From a virus (Duplodnaviria; Caudoviricetes): a DNA stretch of 64,000 nt. A program made the translations under genes and the position numbers. Under the pieces are notes generated by a model that worked only from the letters and a program-made list of their open reading frames with translations, was not told the origin of the DNA and searched no databases. Positions within the stretch are counted from its first letter, which is position 1; every line of letters starts with the position of its first letter. The stretch lies in IMG/VR virus record IMGVR_UViG_3300021399_000105, positions 32,001 through 96,000 of that record; one strand, written 5' to 3'. This document shows positions 11,445 through 20,834 of this stretch, piece by piece.

Positions 11445-11743
11445 ACAACTACTTAATAATATTGTAAACATGCAAGAACGTTTAAAGAATTTTAAAGCAG
11501 TATCTTGTTTAGATGTACAATATCAGTTTATAACAAAAAATCTAATTAAGGGTATGTTAGGTCGGAACTAAGATAAATGATTTAATCTTAAATGGAGATA
11601 ATGGGTATACTTTAATTGATAATATTTATGATTTAATAGATGATTATGTAGATAGTTCGTATCGTATGGAAACTCTTATAAATCTATTGCTTAGTGTATT
11701 AAATAATAATAAACTTGGATATAGTTTTAGCTTTGTAGACTAA
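11422..11743 (+). CDS. hypothetical protein (106 aa) requiring a C-skip at CGG (C11563)
   Basis: ATG 11422 frame reaches GGT CGG AAC TAA; skipping C11563 opens 59 more codons ending just before a terminator. Neither half appears in the ORF track. Confidence 0.65.
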
Positions 11744-11768
11744 ATTTTTGTAATATAAAGATGTTAAT

Positions 11769-11805
11769 AAATAGTAGGAATCATATTTCCTACTATTTTA
11801 TTTTT
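11769..11805 (+). terminator. intrinsic terminator-like hairpin
   Basis: AAATAGTAGGAA...TTCCTACTATTT followed by a T-rich tract. Confidence 0.65.
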
Positions 11806-11824
11806 CTTTAGAAAGGAGTATTAT

Positions 11825-12709
11825 ATGACACCCATTAAAATTAAGTTCGGTACTGGAAATAGAATTACGATACCTAAAGAATTATGTAATCAATTAAAGT
11901 TTAATGTTGGAGATAATTTATTTGCTATAGTACAAGATAATAATTTAATTATAACTAGCGACTTACCTAGTGATTTAAATAAGGAAAGTGATGATAAATC
12001 AGATAATCTATTAAATTCAAAAACTGAATCGTCTAATATATCAATTAGACCTGTGAATACAGAAAATAAAAATACATCATCTAGAATTGTTATTAAATCT
12101 AATTTACAAGACAAAGGTAAGTTCAAACACGAAAAATATAGTGATTGTAATTTAGTTATAAGGACAAAACAGAAATATATTGAAGCATTTTGCAGTGTTT
12201 GTAAAGGTCAATTAGTTAAAGATGATTCATCTAGACATTGTAGATATAAAGTAAATAAACAATCTACTTTAGAGAGTGATTACGTAAGTAGTGAATATAA
12301 CAAACAACAAAGTATAAACACTAATACTGAATTACAGGACAAAGAATCGTTGCAACAACAAAATAATGAAGTTTTAAATGATTCAAATCTAAAGGATAAA
12401 TTAACAGACATACTTAATACAAATAAAGTTATTACTGCCGACATATATAAAAAATTAAGTGATTTAAAAAGTAATACAACAAGTAATACTACATTTGTAA
12501 AAAATAGCGTTAAATCTAAACCTAGTACGAATATCGGATATTATAGGAGTAGTAACACAATGTTAAAACCTGTGAAGTTAAAAGATTATGATTCATGTAG
12601 TAAATGTCATTTGTTTTTTAATAAAGGATTTCTAATTGATGATGTATTTTATTGTAAAGATTGTACTGTTAAAGATTTTAAGAATTATGTATCTAAATTA
12701 AAATATTAA
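11825..12709 (+). CDS. AbrB/MazE-type N-terminal DNA-binding domain protein with Cys motifs
   Basis: GNRITIPKELCNQLKFNVGDNL is AbrB-like; C-terminal CSKC...YCKDC. Confidence 0.65.
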   Translation: MTPIKIKFGTGNRITIPKELCNQLKFNVGDNLFAIVQDNNLIITSDLPSDLNKESDDKSDNLLNSKTESSNISIRPVNTENKNTSSRIVIKSNLQDKGKFKHEKYSDCNLVIRTKQKYIEAFCSVCKGQLVKDDSSRHCRYKVNKQSTLESDYVSSEYNKQQSINTNTELQDKESLQQQNNEVLNDSNLKDKLTDILNTNKVITADIYKKLSDLKSNTTSNTTFVKNSVKSKPSTNIGYYRSSNTMLKPVKLKDYDSCSKCHLFFNKGFLIDDVFYCKDCTVKDFKNYVSKLKY

Positions 12710-12723
12710 GGAGGTATAATTAA

Positions 12724-13815
12724 ATGTTTGATAATATGTTAATTAAAAAAATAAAACCAAATAAAGTTGTTTGGCGAAGACCAGATAGGTTAACTATAGA
12801 GTTAGACGAAGATAATATTGTAGAATCAGAGTTATATAAAGGAGCCTTAGAAGACATACACAAAACGTTAGGTTTTAAAATACCAACTAGTAAGGATGTA
12901 TATAAATTAAATCATGATATCTGGAATGAATTACGTGATTACACTATATCTGAGTTAGAAAACAATACAAATAAAAAGTTTGATTTAAATAATATATATT
13001 ATTTAATGGACGATTCTTACAATGTTGTTGACGTAACTACGTTTGATAATTTAGAAGATGAAGTTAAATTTGATGAATGTTTAAAAAAATATACAGCTGA
13101 TATAACAACATTTGAAAGAACAAGAAAGTTTTATAGTGATTGTAAAGATGGTACTGTAAAATTGGTTTGTTATGATAGTAATGACGATATAACAACTAAA
13201 GATTATGTTCCTGTTGTTATTCTAGAATTTAATACAGAAAAAGCTGTTTATAAAGTATACACAGGTATACTTGTATATACCAATTTTACCTTTATTCCTA
13301 ATGTTGGTACTTATGGTGAGTACAATAATATAAAAAGTGTTATATTACATTTAGATATTTCTAAAGTATTACAGTTTGCTAAGGAATCTGCATTAGATTT
13401 ATACAATCAATATTTAGAGTTTGTTAAGGATAATGAGGAAATATCAGTTAGAGAACTTATGCGTTTATTGGATAAGTTTGGGTACAAATTACAACTAAAT
13501 ACATCAGATAATATAGATGATATTTCAAATATTACAGATGAAACAGCAGTTAAGGAGATACAGGACTTTTTCAATACTTTTTCTATAGTGACTGGAGAGA
13601 CTGCTTTAGATGTAATTAAATTACCTGAACTACAAAAAATATTTAAGTACAATAATTTAACTTTTGTACAATTGTTACATATTTTATCAAAGGAGTATCT
13701 AACGTTTGAAGGTTCTAAAATACGTATGGATGATATAATAAATATAGTGTTTAAATTATTTAGTAAATCCACAGATACTAATAATGTTGATAGTATTAAG
13801 CGAGTAATAAAGTAG
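12724..13815 (+). CDS. hypothetical protein
   Basis: 363-aa ORF with AAGGAGGT SD. Confidence 0.7.
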   Translation: MFDNMLIKKIKPNKVVWRRPDRLTIELDEDNIVESELYKGALEDIHKTLGFKIPTSKDVYKLNHDIWNELRDYTISELENNTNKKFDLNNIYYLMDDSYNVVDVTTFDNLEDEVKFDECLKKYTADITTFERTRKFYSDCKDGTVKLVCYDSNDDITTKDYVPVVILEFNTEKAVYKVYTGILVYTNFTFIPNVGTYGEYNNIKSVILHLDISKVLQFAKESALDLYNQYLEFVKDNEEISVRELMRLLDKFGYKLQLNTSDNIDDISNITDETAVKEIQDFFNTFSIVTGETALDVIKLPELQKIFKYNNLTFVQLLHILSKEYLTFEGSKIRMDDIINIVFKLFSKSTDTNNVDSIKRVIK

Positions 13816-13827
13816 GTGTTATGATAT

Positions 13828-14274
13828 ATGGCATTTTCTATGACAAAAGTTAACTATAAAAAGACGAATATAAAACAAATAGCTAGTGACTGTTTTAGAT
13901 TTATAAGAGAACATGTTTTACTAACAGATAATATTAGATATGCTTTAAATGCTTATGTTAATTATAGGTTAAAACATCGATATAATCATTTAAGTGTAGA
14001 AACTTTAAATACGCTAATTATAAATTTACTTGAGTATAGTTGTGGTAAAGAATATATTAAATTGTGTAAACAAGATGTTATAAATAATGAAATACAAATT
14101 ATATTTGAAATTAAAAAGGCTATAAAATACGGTGCAACTAAGTGTTTATATTATTCTAATATTATAAATTTGGATAAATTTGTAGATGGAGAGGAATGTG
14201 TACAATATCCGAAGTTTAAACAGAATTATACAATAAAAGATGTTGAAGATTATTTTTCGGATATTGTAGTGTAG
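13828..14274 (+). CDS. hypothetical protein in the replication module (possible initiator-like)
   Basis: Position before loader-like and helicase genes; function inferred from context only. Confidence 0.35.
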   Translation: MAFSMTKVNYKKTNIKQIASDCFRFIREHVLLTDNIRYALNAYVNYRLKHRYNHLSVETLNTLIINLLEYSCGKEYIKLCKQDVINNEIQIIFEIKKAIKYGATKCLYYSNIINLDKFVDGEECVQYPKFKQNYTIKDVEDYFSDIVV

Positions 14275-14282
14275 AATGAACT

Positions 14283-14930
14283 ATGAATGTAAAAAACTTT
14301 GTAAATGAAATGAACGTTAATAATACATATAAACAGTTCGTTGAAAATAAATATAATAATTACATACAGTATAGTCAAATTCCTAGTTCTTATTTAGTTG
14401 AGGTTAATACTAAGTCTTTAACTAAAAATTTTAGCGTTATATATAGAGATATACAGGAAATTGTTAATGATAACTATAGTTTATTGTTTGTAAATGTATC
14501 TTTCATGGATGGTAATTATCTATCATCGTTGTTATTAGATAAATATTTTGTAGATAGCTTAAATAATAACGAACTTTATTTAAAGACAGTTTTATGTGTG
14601 GATACTGTTTTACTATTAGAAGATTATTTAAAACATATGGAAAACAGTGTTAATCCACATTATAATTACTCTCCAGCAGTTTTATTTAATTATATAGAAA
14701 CAGCAGATTTTGTAATATGGAATAGGTTTAATAATTTGGGTAGTAAGGAATACAAGAAGAATAAATTTTTAAATATAGTGGAAACGAGAAAACGACAAGG
14801 ATTGGGTAATTTGTTTTTAACAGAACAGAATTTATCGGAGTTCAAAATACCTGAAAATGTAGAATTATGCAGAGCAATACAGCCGGACATAATTGTAAAC
14901 TGTGAGTTTGACAAACTAGAATTACTTTAA
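14283..14930 (+). CDS. degenerate DnaC/IstB-like helicase loader
   Basis: YIQYSQIP N-terminus, IETADFVIW and NIVETRKRQGLGNLF resemble DnaC, but Walker motifs are not intact; precedes dnaB. Confidence 0.45.
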   Translation: MNVKNFVNEMNVNNTYKQFVENKYNNYIQYSQIPSSYLVEVNTKSLTKNFSVIYRDIQEIVNDNYSLLFVNVSFMDGNYLSSLLLDKYFVDSLNNNELYLKTVLCVDTVLLLEDYLKHMENSVNPHYNYSPAVLFNYIETADFVIWNRFNNLGSKEYKKNKFLNIVETRKRQGLGNLFLTEQNLSEFKIPENVELCRAIQPDIIVNCEFDKLELL

Positions 14931-14950
14931 ATACGAGAGGAAAAGAACAG

Positions 14951-16216
14951 ATGGATAGAAATGCTATAGAAAGAGCTTTACTTTTGAATGTTGTTAGAAA
15001 TAAGAATTGGGAAATACTTATAGTAAATAATATATCTGTAGATTACTTTTTATTTCCAAATAAAAAGTTATTTGAGTATATTCATAGTTATACAATTAGA
15101 AATGAATATCCAGATATACAGATAATATGTTATAACTACGAAATATCTGAAGATGAATTACAAAGTTATATTCAAATTACAGATATGCAGGGGTTATGTA
15201 ATACAATTAAAAATGAGTATTTAAAAGAGCATTTGAGATATGAAGTAGGTAAGTTAAATGAATTTTCAGATGAGATGGAAACGTCTCCTATTGATTACAT
15301 ATCTAGAATTGGTAGTGTTTATGATAATTTGAAAGTGTTGGGGTATAAAGATAAGACTGTGGGTTTATTTGATAAAATAGAAGATATACTTAATATAGAT
15401 TCTTCTGATGTTATTAGTACGGGATTTAAGGAATTAGATGATATACTAATTGGCTGGAAACGTGGAGAAGAATTAGCTGTTTTTGTAGCTAGAACTGGTC
15501 AAGGTAAAAGTTGGATGGGATTAAAATTTGCCTTATCTGCGGCGTTACAAGGTGAGCGAGTTGGTATATACTCTGGAGAAATGAGTATTCAACAGTTACA
15601 GGAAAGAATAATATGTTGTGCTAAACCAAAGTATACATCCTCTAGTGAAGAAGCTTTAGAGTTTATTAAATCCAAAAATCCGTATATACAAGTATTAACT
15701 CAAAAGGAACTTAGACGAAAGGCTAATGTAAACGACATTGAGGAAATGATAGTTACAAATAATTTAACTTTAGTAGTTATTGACCAACTGTCGTTAATGG
15801 AGGATGTTACAAGTAAACTAGGTACACCATTAAGACAACAGTACGGTAATATAAGTAATGATTTATTTGCACTAACTTCAAGATATAATTGTCCTATAAT
15901 TTTGTTAGCACAAAGTAATAGAGCTGGAGCTAATATAGAAGGAGGTCCACAATTAGATAATATTGCAGAATCTGATGCGGTAGCACAAAACGCAACTAGA
16001 GTTCTTACAATGAAGAATGAGAATGGTACACTAACTATGTCTGTTGTTAAAAACAGATATGGTCAGAGTGGAGGTACTTTAAAATACGATATAGATTATG
16101 GTGTAAATAAATATAGATATATACAAGACCAACAAAGTTTGTTTGGTACTAAAAGTACTACACAAACTAGAAGGCAAAATATGATGAATAAGTTTGGAGG
16201 TAAAAGTCCATTTTAA
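14951..16216 (+). CDS. dnaB: DnaB-family replicative helicase
   Basis: STGFKELD, ARTGQGKS, SGEM, VVIDQL, LAQSNR, AESDAVAQNA, KNRYG. Confidence 0.95.
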   Translation: MDRNAIERALLLNVVRNKNWEILIVNNISVDYFLFPNKKLFEYIHSYTIRNEYPDIQIICYNYEISEDELQSYIQITDMQGLCNTIKNEYLKEHLRYEVGKLNEFSDEMETSPIDYISRIGSVYDNLKVLGYKDKTVGLFDKIEDILNIDSSDVISTGFKELDDILIGWKRGEELAVFVARTGQGKSWMGLKFALSAALQGERVGIYSGEMSIQQLQERIICCAKPKYTSSSEEALEFIKSKNPYIQVLTQKELRRKANVNDIEEMIVTNNLTLVVIDQLSLMEDVTSKLGTPLRQQYGNISNDLFALTSRYNCPIILLAQSNRAGANIEGGPQLDNIAESDAVAQNATRVLTMKNENGTLTMSVVKNRYGQSGGTLKYDIDYGVNKYRYIQDQQSLFGTKSTTQTRRQNMMNKFGGKSPF

Positions 16217-17196
16217 GAGAGCAAATTGATGAACAATTTATTTTAGATTTAAGTAATTATATATTTGGAAAAGTAAGCATTCGATACTTTAAACATATAA
16301 GACAGGTATCCGATAATATTATTGTAACATGTCCATTTCATAAGGGTGGACAGGAGCGTAAACCTAGTGCTTCTATTAGAACTACTAATGGTCAAGGTAC
16401 TTTTATAGGTAATTTTCACTGTTTTACCTGTGGTGAGTCTATGTCCTTAGATGTTGTAGTACAACGATTGTTAGGTAGCTACTATAATGAAAATGAGGTT
16501 GAAGCTTTATTTGGATTGAAAACTTTATTAGCAAAAGCATCATTTTTAAAACCTGCTAAAACTAATTTGTTTGATATGCCTAAAAAATTATCTAGACAAG
16601 AGGCAGTATTGAGTAAATATAGATATTACTGTACTTATTTACAACAAAGGGGAATTAGTGAGAGAACAGCTGATAAGTATGACATTGGTTTTGACGAAAC
16701 CAACCAACAAATTACTTTTCCATTACGAGATATCAATGGTAATACTTTGGGTATTGGTAGACGAAGTGTAATACATAAGAGATATGAATATCCTCAAGGT
16801 ATGGTAAAACCTTTATATGGTATTTATGAACTGCCTCAAAAGATACGTAGTTTATTCATTGTGGAAGGTCCTTTTAATTTGTGGAGTTTATCGGAGTGGG
16901 GCAAAAATGGCGTTGCTCTATTAGGTACAGGAACAAATATACAATATACCCAGTTGCTTAAGCTATATGTGGATAATTATGTGTTAGCATTAGACCCAGA
17001 TGATGCAGGTAGACGAGGTATAAAAAAGCTAATTAAATTTTTAGTTAGCAATCATAAATTTAATATATTTGTTATGCTATTGTCCAATGGCAGAGATATA
17101 AATGATTTAACTGAAGATGAATTTAAAAATACAGAAGTTATTTATTACAGGAATTGGTTAAGTTTATTTAATGGAGGTAATGATGAAGATATTTAA
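16210..17196 (+). CDS. dnaG: DnaG-like primase (CHC2 zinc finger + TOPRIM), probable ATT start
   Basis: The frame upstream of ATG 16441 encodes CPFH..ERKPS..HCFTC. No in-frame ATG/GTG/TTG occurs before it, and a GGAGGT SD precedes ATT 16210. TOPRIM motifs VEG and DPDDAG. Confidence 0.88.
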   Translation: MLREQIDEQFILDLSNYIFGKVSIRYFKHIRQVSDNIIVTCPFHKGGQERKPSASIRTTNGQGTFIGNFHCFTCGESMSLDVVVQRLLGSYYNENEVEALFGLKTLLAKASFLKPAKTNLFDMPKKLSRQEAVLSKYRYYCTYLQQRGISERTADKYDIGFDETNQQITFPLRDINGNTLGIGRRSVIHKRYEYPQGMVKPLYGIYELPQKIRSLFIVEGPFNLWSLSEWGKNGVALLGTGTNIQYTQLLKLYVDNYVLALDPDDAGRRGIKKLIKFLVSNHKFNIFVMLLSNGRDINDLTEDEFKNTEVIYYRNWLSLFNGGNDEDI

Positions 17197-18019
17197 GTCT
17201 ATAACACCAGAATATTTGGAGCAGTTAGGTAAGCAGTGTTATGAGGATGATAGAAATTATCCTGAAAATTTTTCTAATTGGTATACACATATTGTTGATT
17301 TTGGAAAATTTAAACACGCAAATATAATATCCAATCAAATATTTTCTTATGAAGAAGTGAAGTTAATGCAAAAAACGGATAATATAAAAGATGTTGATTG
17401 GAATACGTTAACAGATATACTAAAACCTACACTTTTTAAGATGGAGAGAGGTAAATTATATAATATTAAAAATGGAAGTTATAGCAATAAGTTTGATTTT
17501 CAAACATGTGTAACGGATAAATTACACTTAGCAGAAAACTTATGGAAAATAAACTATATGTCTCACCTATATGATACACAAGGATATACAGAATTAGTAG
17601 TTAGAGAATATATACCTTTTGATGAAAAATCTGTAGGTACTATTTATAATGGTATGCCTTTAAGGACGGAAGTTCGTGTATTTTATAATTTAGATAATAA
17701 GTGTATAGAGTATATGGTAGATTATTGGGATTATAACTATTGTTATAAGCATCTTACAAGTTTAAATGATAAAGTTATATTTAATTGGTTTCATCGAGAA
17801 ACATTTCATGAATCAACACTTAATTATGTACAATCCAAAATTTTAGAGTATATTGATACTTTACAGTTTGATGATAAGTTACAAGGTATTTGGTCTATTG
17901 ATTTTATGTATGAGGATAGCTCTGATGATATATATTTAATTGATATGGCTCGTGGGTTTAGGTCTGCTTATTGGAATCCAGGTAAGTTAAGGGAGAGTGG
18001 TATAGATGGGAATGTTTGA
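17180..18019 (+). CDS. ATP-grasp-like protein
   Basis: VVREYI, GMPLRTEVRVF, WSIDFM, YLIDMA. Confidence 0.55.
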   Translation: MMKIFKSITPEYLEQLGKQCYEDDRNYPENFSNWYTHIVDFGKFKHANIISNQIFSYEEVKLMQKTDNIKDVDWNTLTDILKPTLFKMERGKLYNIKNGSYSNKFDFQTCVTDKLHLAENLWKINYMSHLYDTQGYTELVVREYIPFDEKSVGTIYNGMPLRTEVRVFYNLDNKCIEYMVDYWDYNYCYKHLTSLNDKVIFNWFHRETFHESTLNYVQSKILEYIDTLQFDDKLQGIWSIDFMYEDSSDDIYLIDMARGFRSAYWNPGKLRESGIDGNV

Positions 18020-18750
18020 TTATGTAGGTACAAGTATTTTAAAACATATCAATACGAATTGTAAAGTATGTGGGTGTTCTTTAACAGATTGGCAAACTAA
18101 ACATTTCTCTAATATATTACAAATTATTGAAATTAGTGATTTGCTTGAAGATGAGCAATTTGAAATACACACAATTTGTGATAATTGTGGTAGTTATGAG
18201 TCTATACAATTAAAGTACCGACCAGTTTTAGAACTAGTTGATATAGATGTAAAAGATGTGGATATTTACAATAATTATGAGAAAATTGTATATACAGACG
18301 ATTTAGTTAGTGTAGCTATAAATAATGTAAACACTATAAAGAATTTGACTTTAACTGTTTATTGTGTTGGTAATAACTCAATTTTGGGTTATATTAAATA
18401 TAAAGGTAATCTTAAATTAAAGTTGTGTGTTAAAGATAACGTAGATTTATCATTTAATATATTAAATAACATTACTAAGTATATGTACAATTTAGAATTA
18501 GAATTACTGCAGAAAGGAGGTATCTATAATGTCAAAGTGGATTATTCAGAATGAAGCAGATGATTTAACTGATATACAAGTAGTTAACTACATAGAGGAT
18601 GTCATAATGGCAGGTAAAATATCCACTACTAAAACGGGACCACAATATTGTTTTGTAACAAGGATAAATGATAACTATATTGTTACTTGTGATAAAACAG
18701 ATTATGGATATAAGTTTATTATATATAAGGAGGAGTTAAATAATGGATGA
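18006..18750 (+). CDS. two hypothetical genes (18006-18554 zinc-ribbon protein; 18529-18750)
   Basis: MGMFD..CKVCG..WQTK..CDNC in the first; overlapping start/stop junctions. Confidence 0.6.
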
Positions 18751-20047
18751 ACAAAGTTATGAATATTGGATTACTCAAGAACAGAACAGACAGAATAATA
18801 ACTGTGAGTTAATAGCCAGTGAAAACTTTTGTAGTGAGCGAGTACGACAAGCTTGTGGTTCTATATTAACTAATAAATATGCTGAGGGGTATCCAAATAA
18901 AAGATATTATGGGGGTTGTAAATACATTGATGAAATTGAATCTAAAGCTATAAAGGATGCTTGTAGATTATTTAATTGTTTTTACGCTAATGTACAACCA
19001 CATTGTGGTAGCAGTGCTAATCAAGCTGTGTATAGAGCACTACTAAATAAAGGTGATACTGTTTTAGGTATGGATTTGGGTGCTGGAGGTCATTTAACTC
19101 ACGGTCATAAAATGAGTTTTAGCGGTCAAGATTATAATATTGTTAGTTACGGATTGGATGAAGATGGTATAATAGATTATGATGATATACAAGATTTATT
19201 GTGGAAACATAAACCTAGAATGTTATTAGTTGGAGCTAGTTCTTATTCCAGAATTATAGATTACGGTAAGATAAGACATTTTTTAGATGCATATAATGAG
19301 GATTTATTAGACGATATTTTAGAACAATCTAATCTAACAGACGAAGAGGTTAAACAAAGATTTTCTGAAACTAAATGTTATTTAGTTGTTGATATGGCAC
19401 ATGTTGCTGGTTTAGTAGCAGCAAGATTACATCCAAATCCTTGTGATTATGCAGATGTAGTAACTAGTACTACACATAAAACATTAAGAGGTCCAAGAGG
19501 TGGAATAATTTTATGGAATAACGACGAGTATACAAAAAAGATTAATTCTGCTGTATTTCCAGGTATACAAGGTGGTCCGTTAGAACATATAATTGCTGCA
19601 AAAGGTATATGTTTCGAAGAAGCTAGAACTGCTGAATTTAAACAATATGCTAAACAAGTTATAGATAATGCTAAAGCGTTTTCACAAACATTTATAGATA
19701 ATGGTTGGAAAGTTATATCTAACGGAACAGATAATCATATGTTCGTTTTAGACGTATATCATTCAATTGGATTAACAGGTAAAGAGGTGGAATTAGAGTT
19801 AGATGAGATAAATGTAACTGTTAATAAAAATCAAATACCTAATGATGAATTACCTCCATTAAAGTCATCTGGAGTAAGAATAGGTACACCTGCAATGACA
19901 ACTAAAGGATTTAAACAAGAACAATTTATACAGTTAGCAAATATAATAATAGAATTTTTAAATAAAATAAAACAGAATAAAGATGAGGATATATATAATA
20001 CATATAAACAGCGTGTAAAGGATTTAATTAAGTCAGTAAATAACTAA
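18743..20047 (+). CDS. glyA: serine hydroxymethyltransferase
   Basis: LIASEN, NKYAEGYP, GGHLTHG, DMAH, TTHKTLRGPRGG (PLP lysine), GVRIGTPA. Confidence 0.98.
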   Translation: MDEQSYEYWITQEQNRQNNNCELIASENFCSERVRQACGSILTNKYAEGYPNKRYYGGCKYIDEIESKAIKDACRLFNCFYANVQPHCGSSANQAVYRALLNKGDTVLGMDLGAGGHLTHGHKMSFSGQDYNIVSYGLDEDGIIDYDDIQDLLWKHKPRMLLVGASSYSRIIDYGKIRHFLDAYNEDLLDDILEQSNLTDEEVKQRFSETKCYLVVDMAHVAGLVAARLHPNPCDYADVVTSTTHKTLRGPRGGIILWNNDEYTKKINSAVFPGIQGGPLEHIIAAKGICFEEARTAEFKQYAKQVIDNAKAFSQTFIDNGWKVISNGTDNHMFVLDVYHSIGLTGKEVELELDEINVTVNKNQIPNDELPPLKSSGVRIGTPAMTTKGFKQEQFIQLANIIIEFLNKIKQNKDEDIYNTYKQRVKDLIKSVNN

Positions 20048-20194
20048 TATTATTTATTATTAAAATGGTATTTATATCTTAACCTCGTACAGATTAGAAG
20101 TATGTGGTTAAGATGTTAATATAAATTGTAAAACCCTGCTCAAAAAAATTAAATTTTTATGTGAGGATGAGCTCTCAGGCAAGGAGGAAAAATT

Positions 20195-20815
20195 ATGGGA
20201 TTAAATTTACAACAAATGGAAGAATTAGAAAAACAATCAGGTTCAAAAAATTTTTTTAGTTTAAAACCTGGAGAGGAAGCAAATGTAAGAGTACTTTATA
20301 ACAATGATGCTGATATTGTTGGTAATAGGGTACACGAATTGGGACAAGAGTATAAGTGGGCAACAGTTAAGTGTCCTATTGAGTCTAATGATGATTCTAT
20401 AGAAAAATGTATATATTGTTCAAGAGGAATGCAACCTGTTATAAGAGTTGTTGTTCCTTTATATAATGAAGATAAACAACAAATAGAATATTGGAAAAAA
20501 TCATATTCTTGGATTAAAACAGATTTAAAACCTTACACAGATGAGGTAGTTAATGCCGGATATAATATCTGTGGTCAAGTTTATAAAATTAAAAGACAAG
20601 GTGAAAAGTTAGAGACTAAGTATAGTTTAATACCTGTTGGAGGTCCACAACAAAAAGATAAATCTGAGTTTGGTAAGATATTGGACCCAGAAACAGAATT
20701 AAATATGATAAAACCAGCTAATACTGAGATACAACCAGTTGATTCTAATCAATCAAATGCAAACACAAATATGAATCAATTTACATCTACTAGACGTACA
20801 GCTGATGTATTTTAA
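20195..20815 (+). CDS. single-stranded DNA-binding protein (T4 gp32-like)
   Basis: FFSLKPGE, H..C...CxxC zinc ligands, KIKRQG..TKY; located directly before the polymerase. Confidence 0.7.
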   Translation: MGLNLQQMEELEKQSGSKNFFSLKPGEEANVRVLYNNDADIVGNRVHELGQEYKWATVKCPIESNDDSIEKCIYCSRGMQPVIRVVVPLYNEDKQQIEYWKKSYSWIKTDLKPYTDEVVNAGYNICGQVYKIKRQGEKLETKYSLIPVGGPQQKDKSEFGKILDPETELNMIKPANTEIQPVDSNQSNANTNMNQFTSTRRTADVF

Positions 20816-20834
20816 TAAAGGAGGTGTTTTATAA

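Noticed and set aside
13828-14930. Firm call of replication initiator and DnaC
   Set aside because: Walker A and B motifs are not recognisable; kept only as low-confidence context-based calls.
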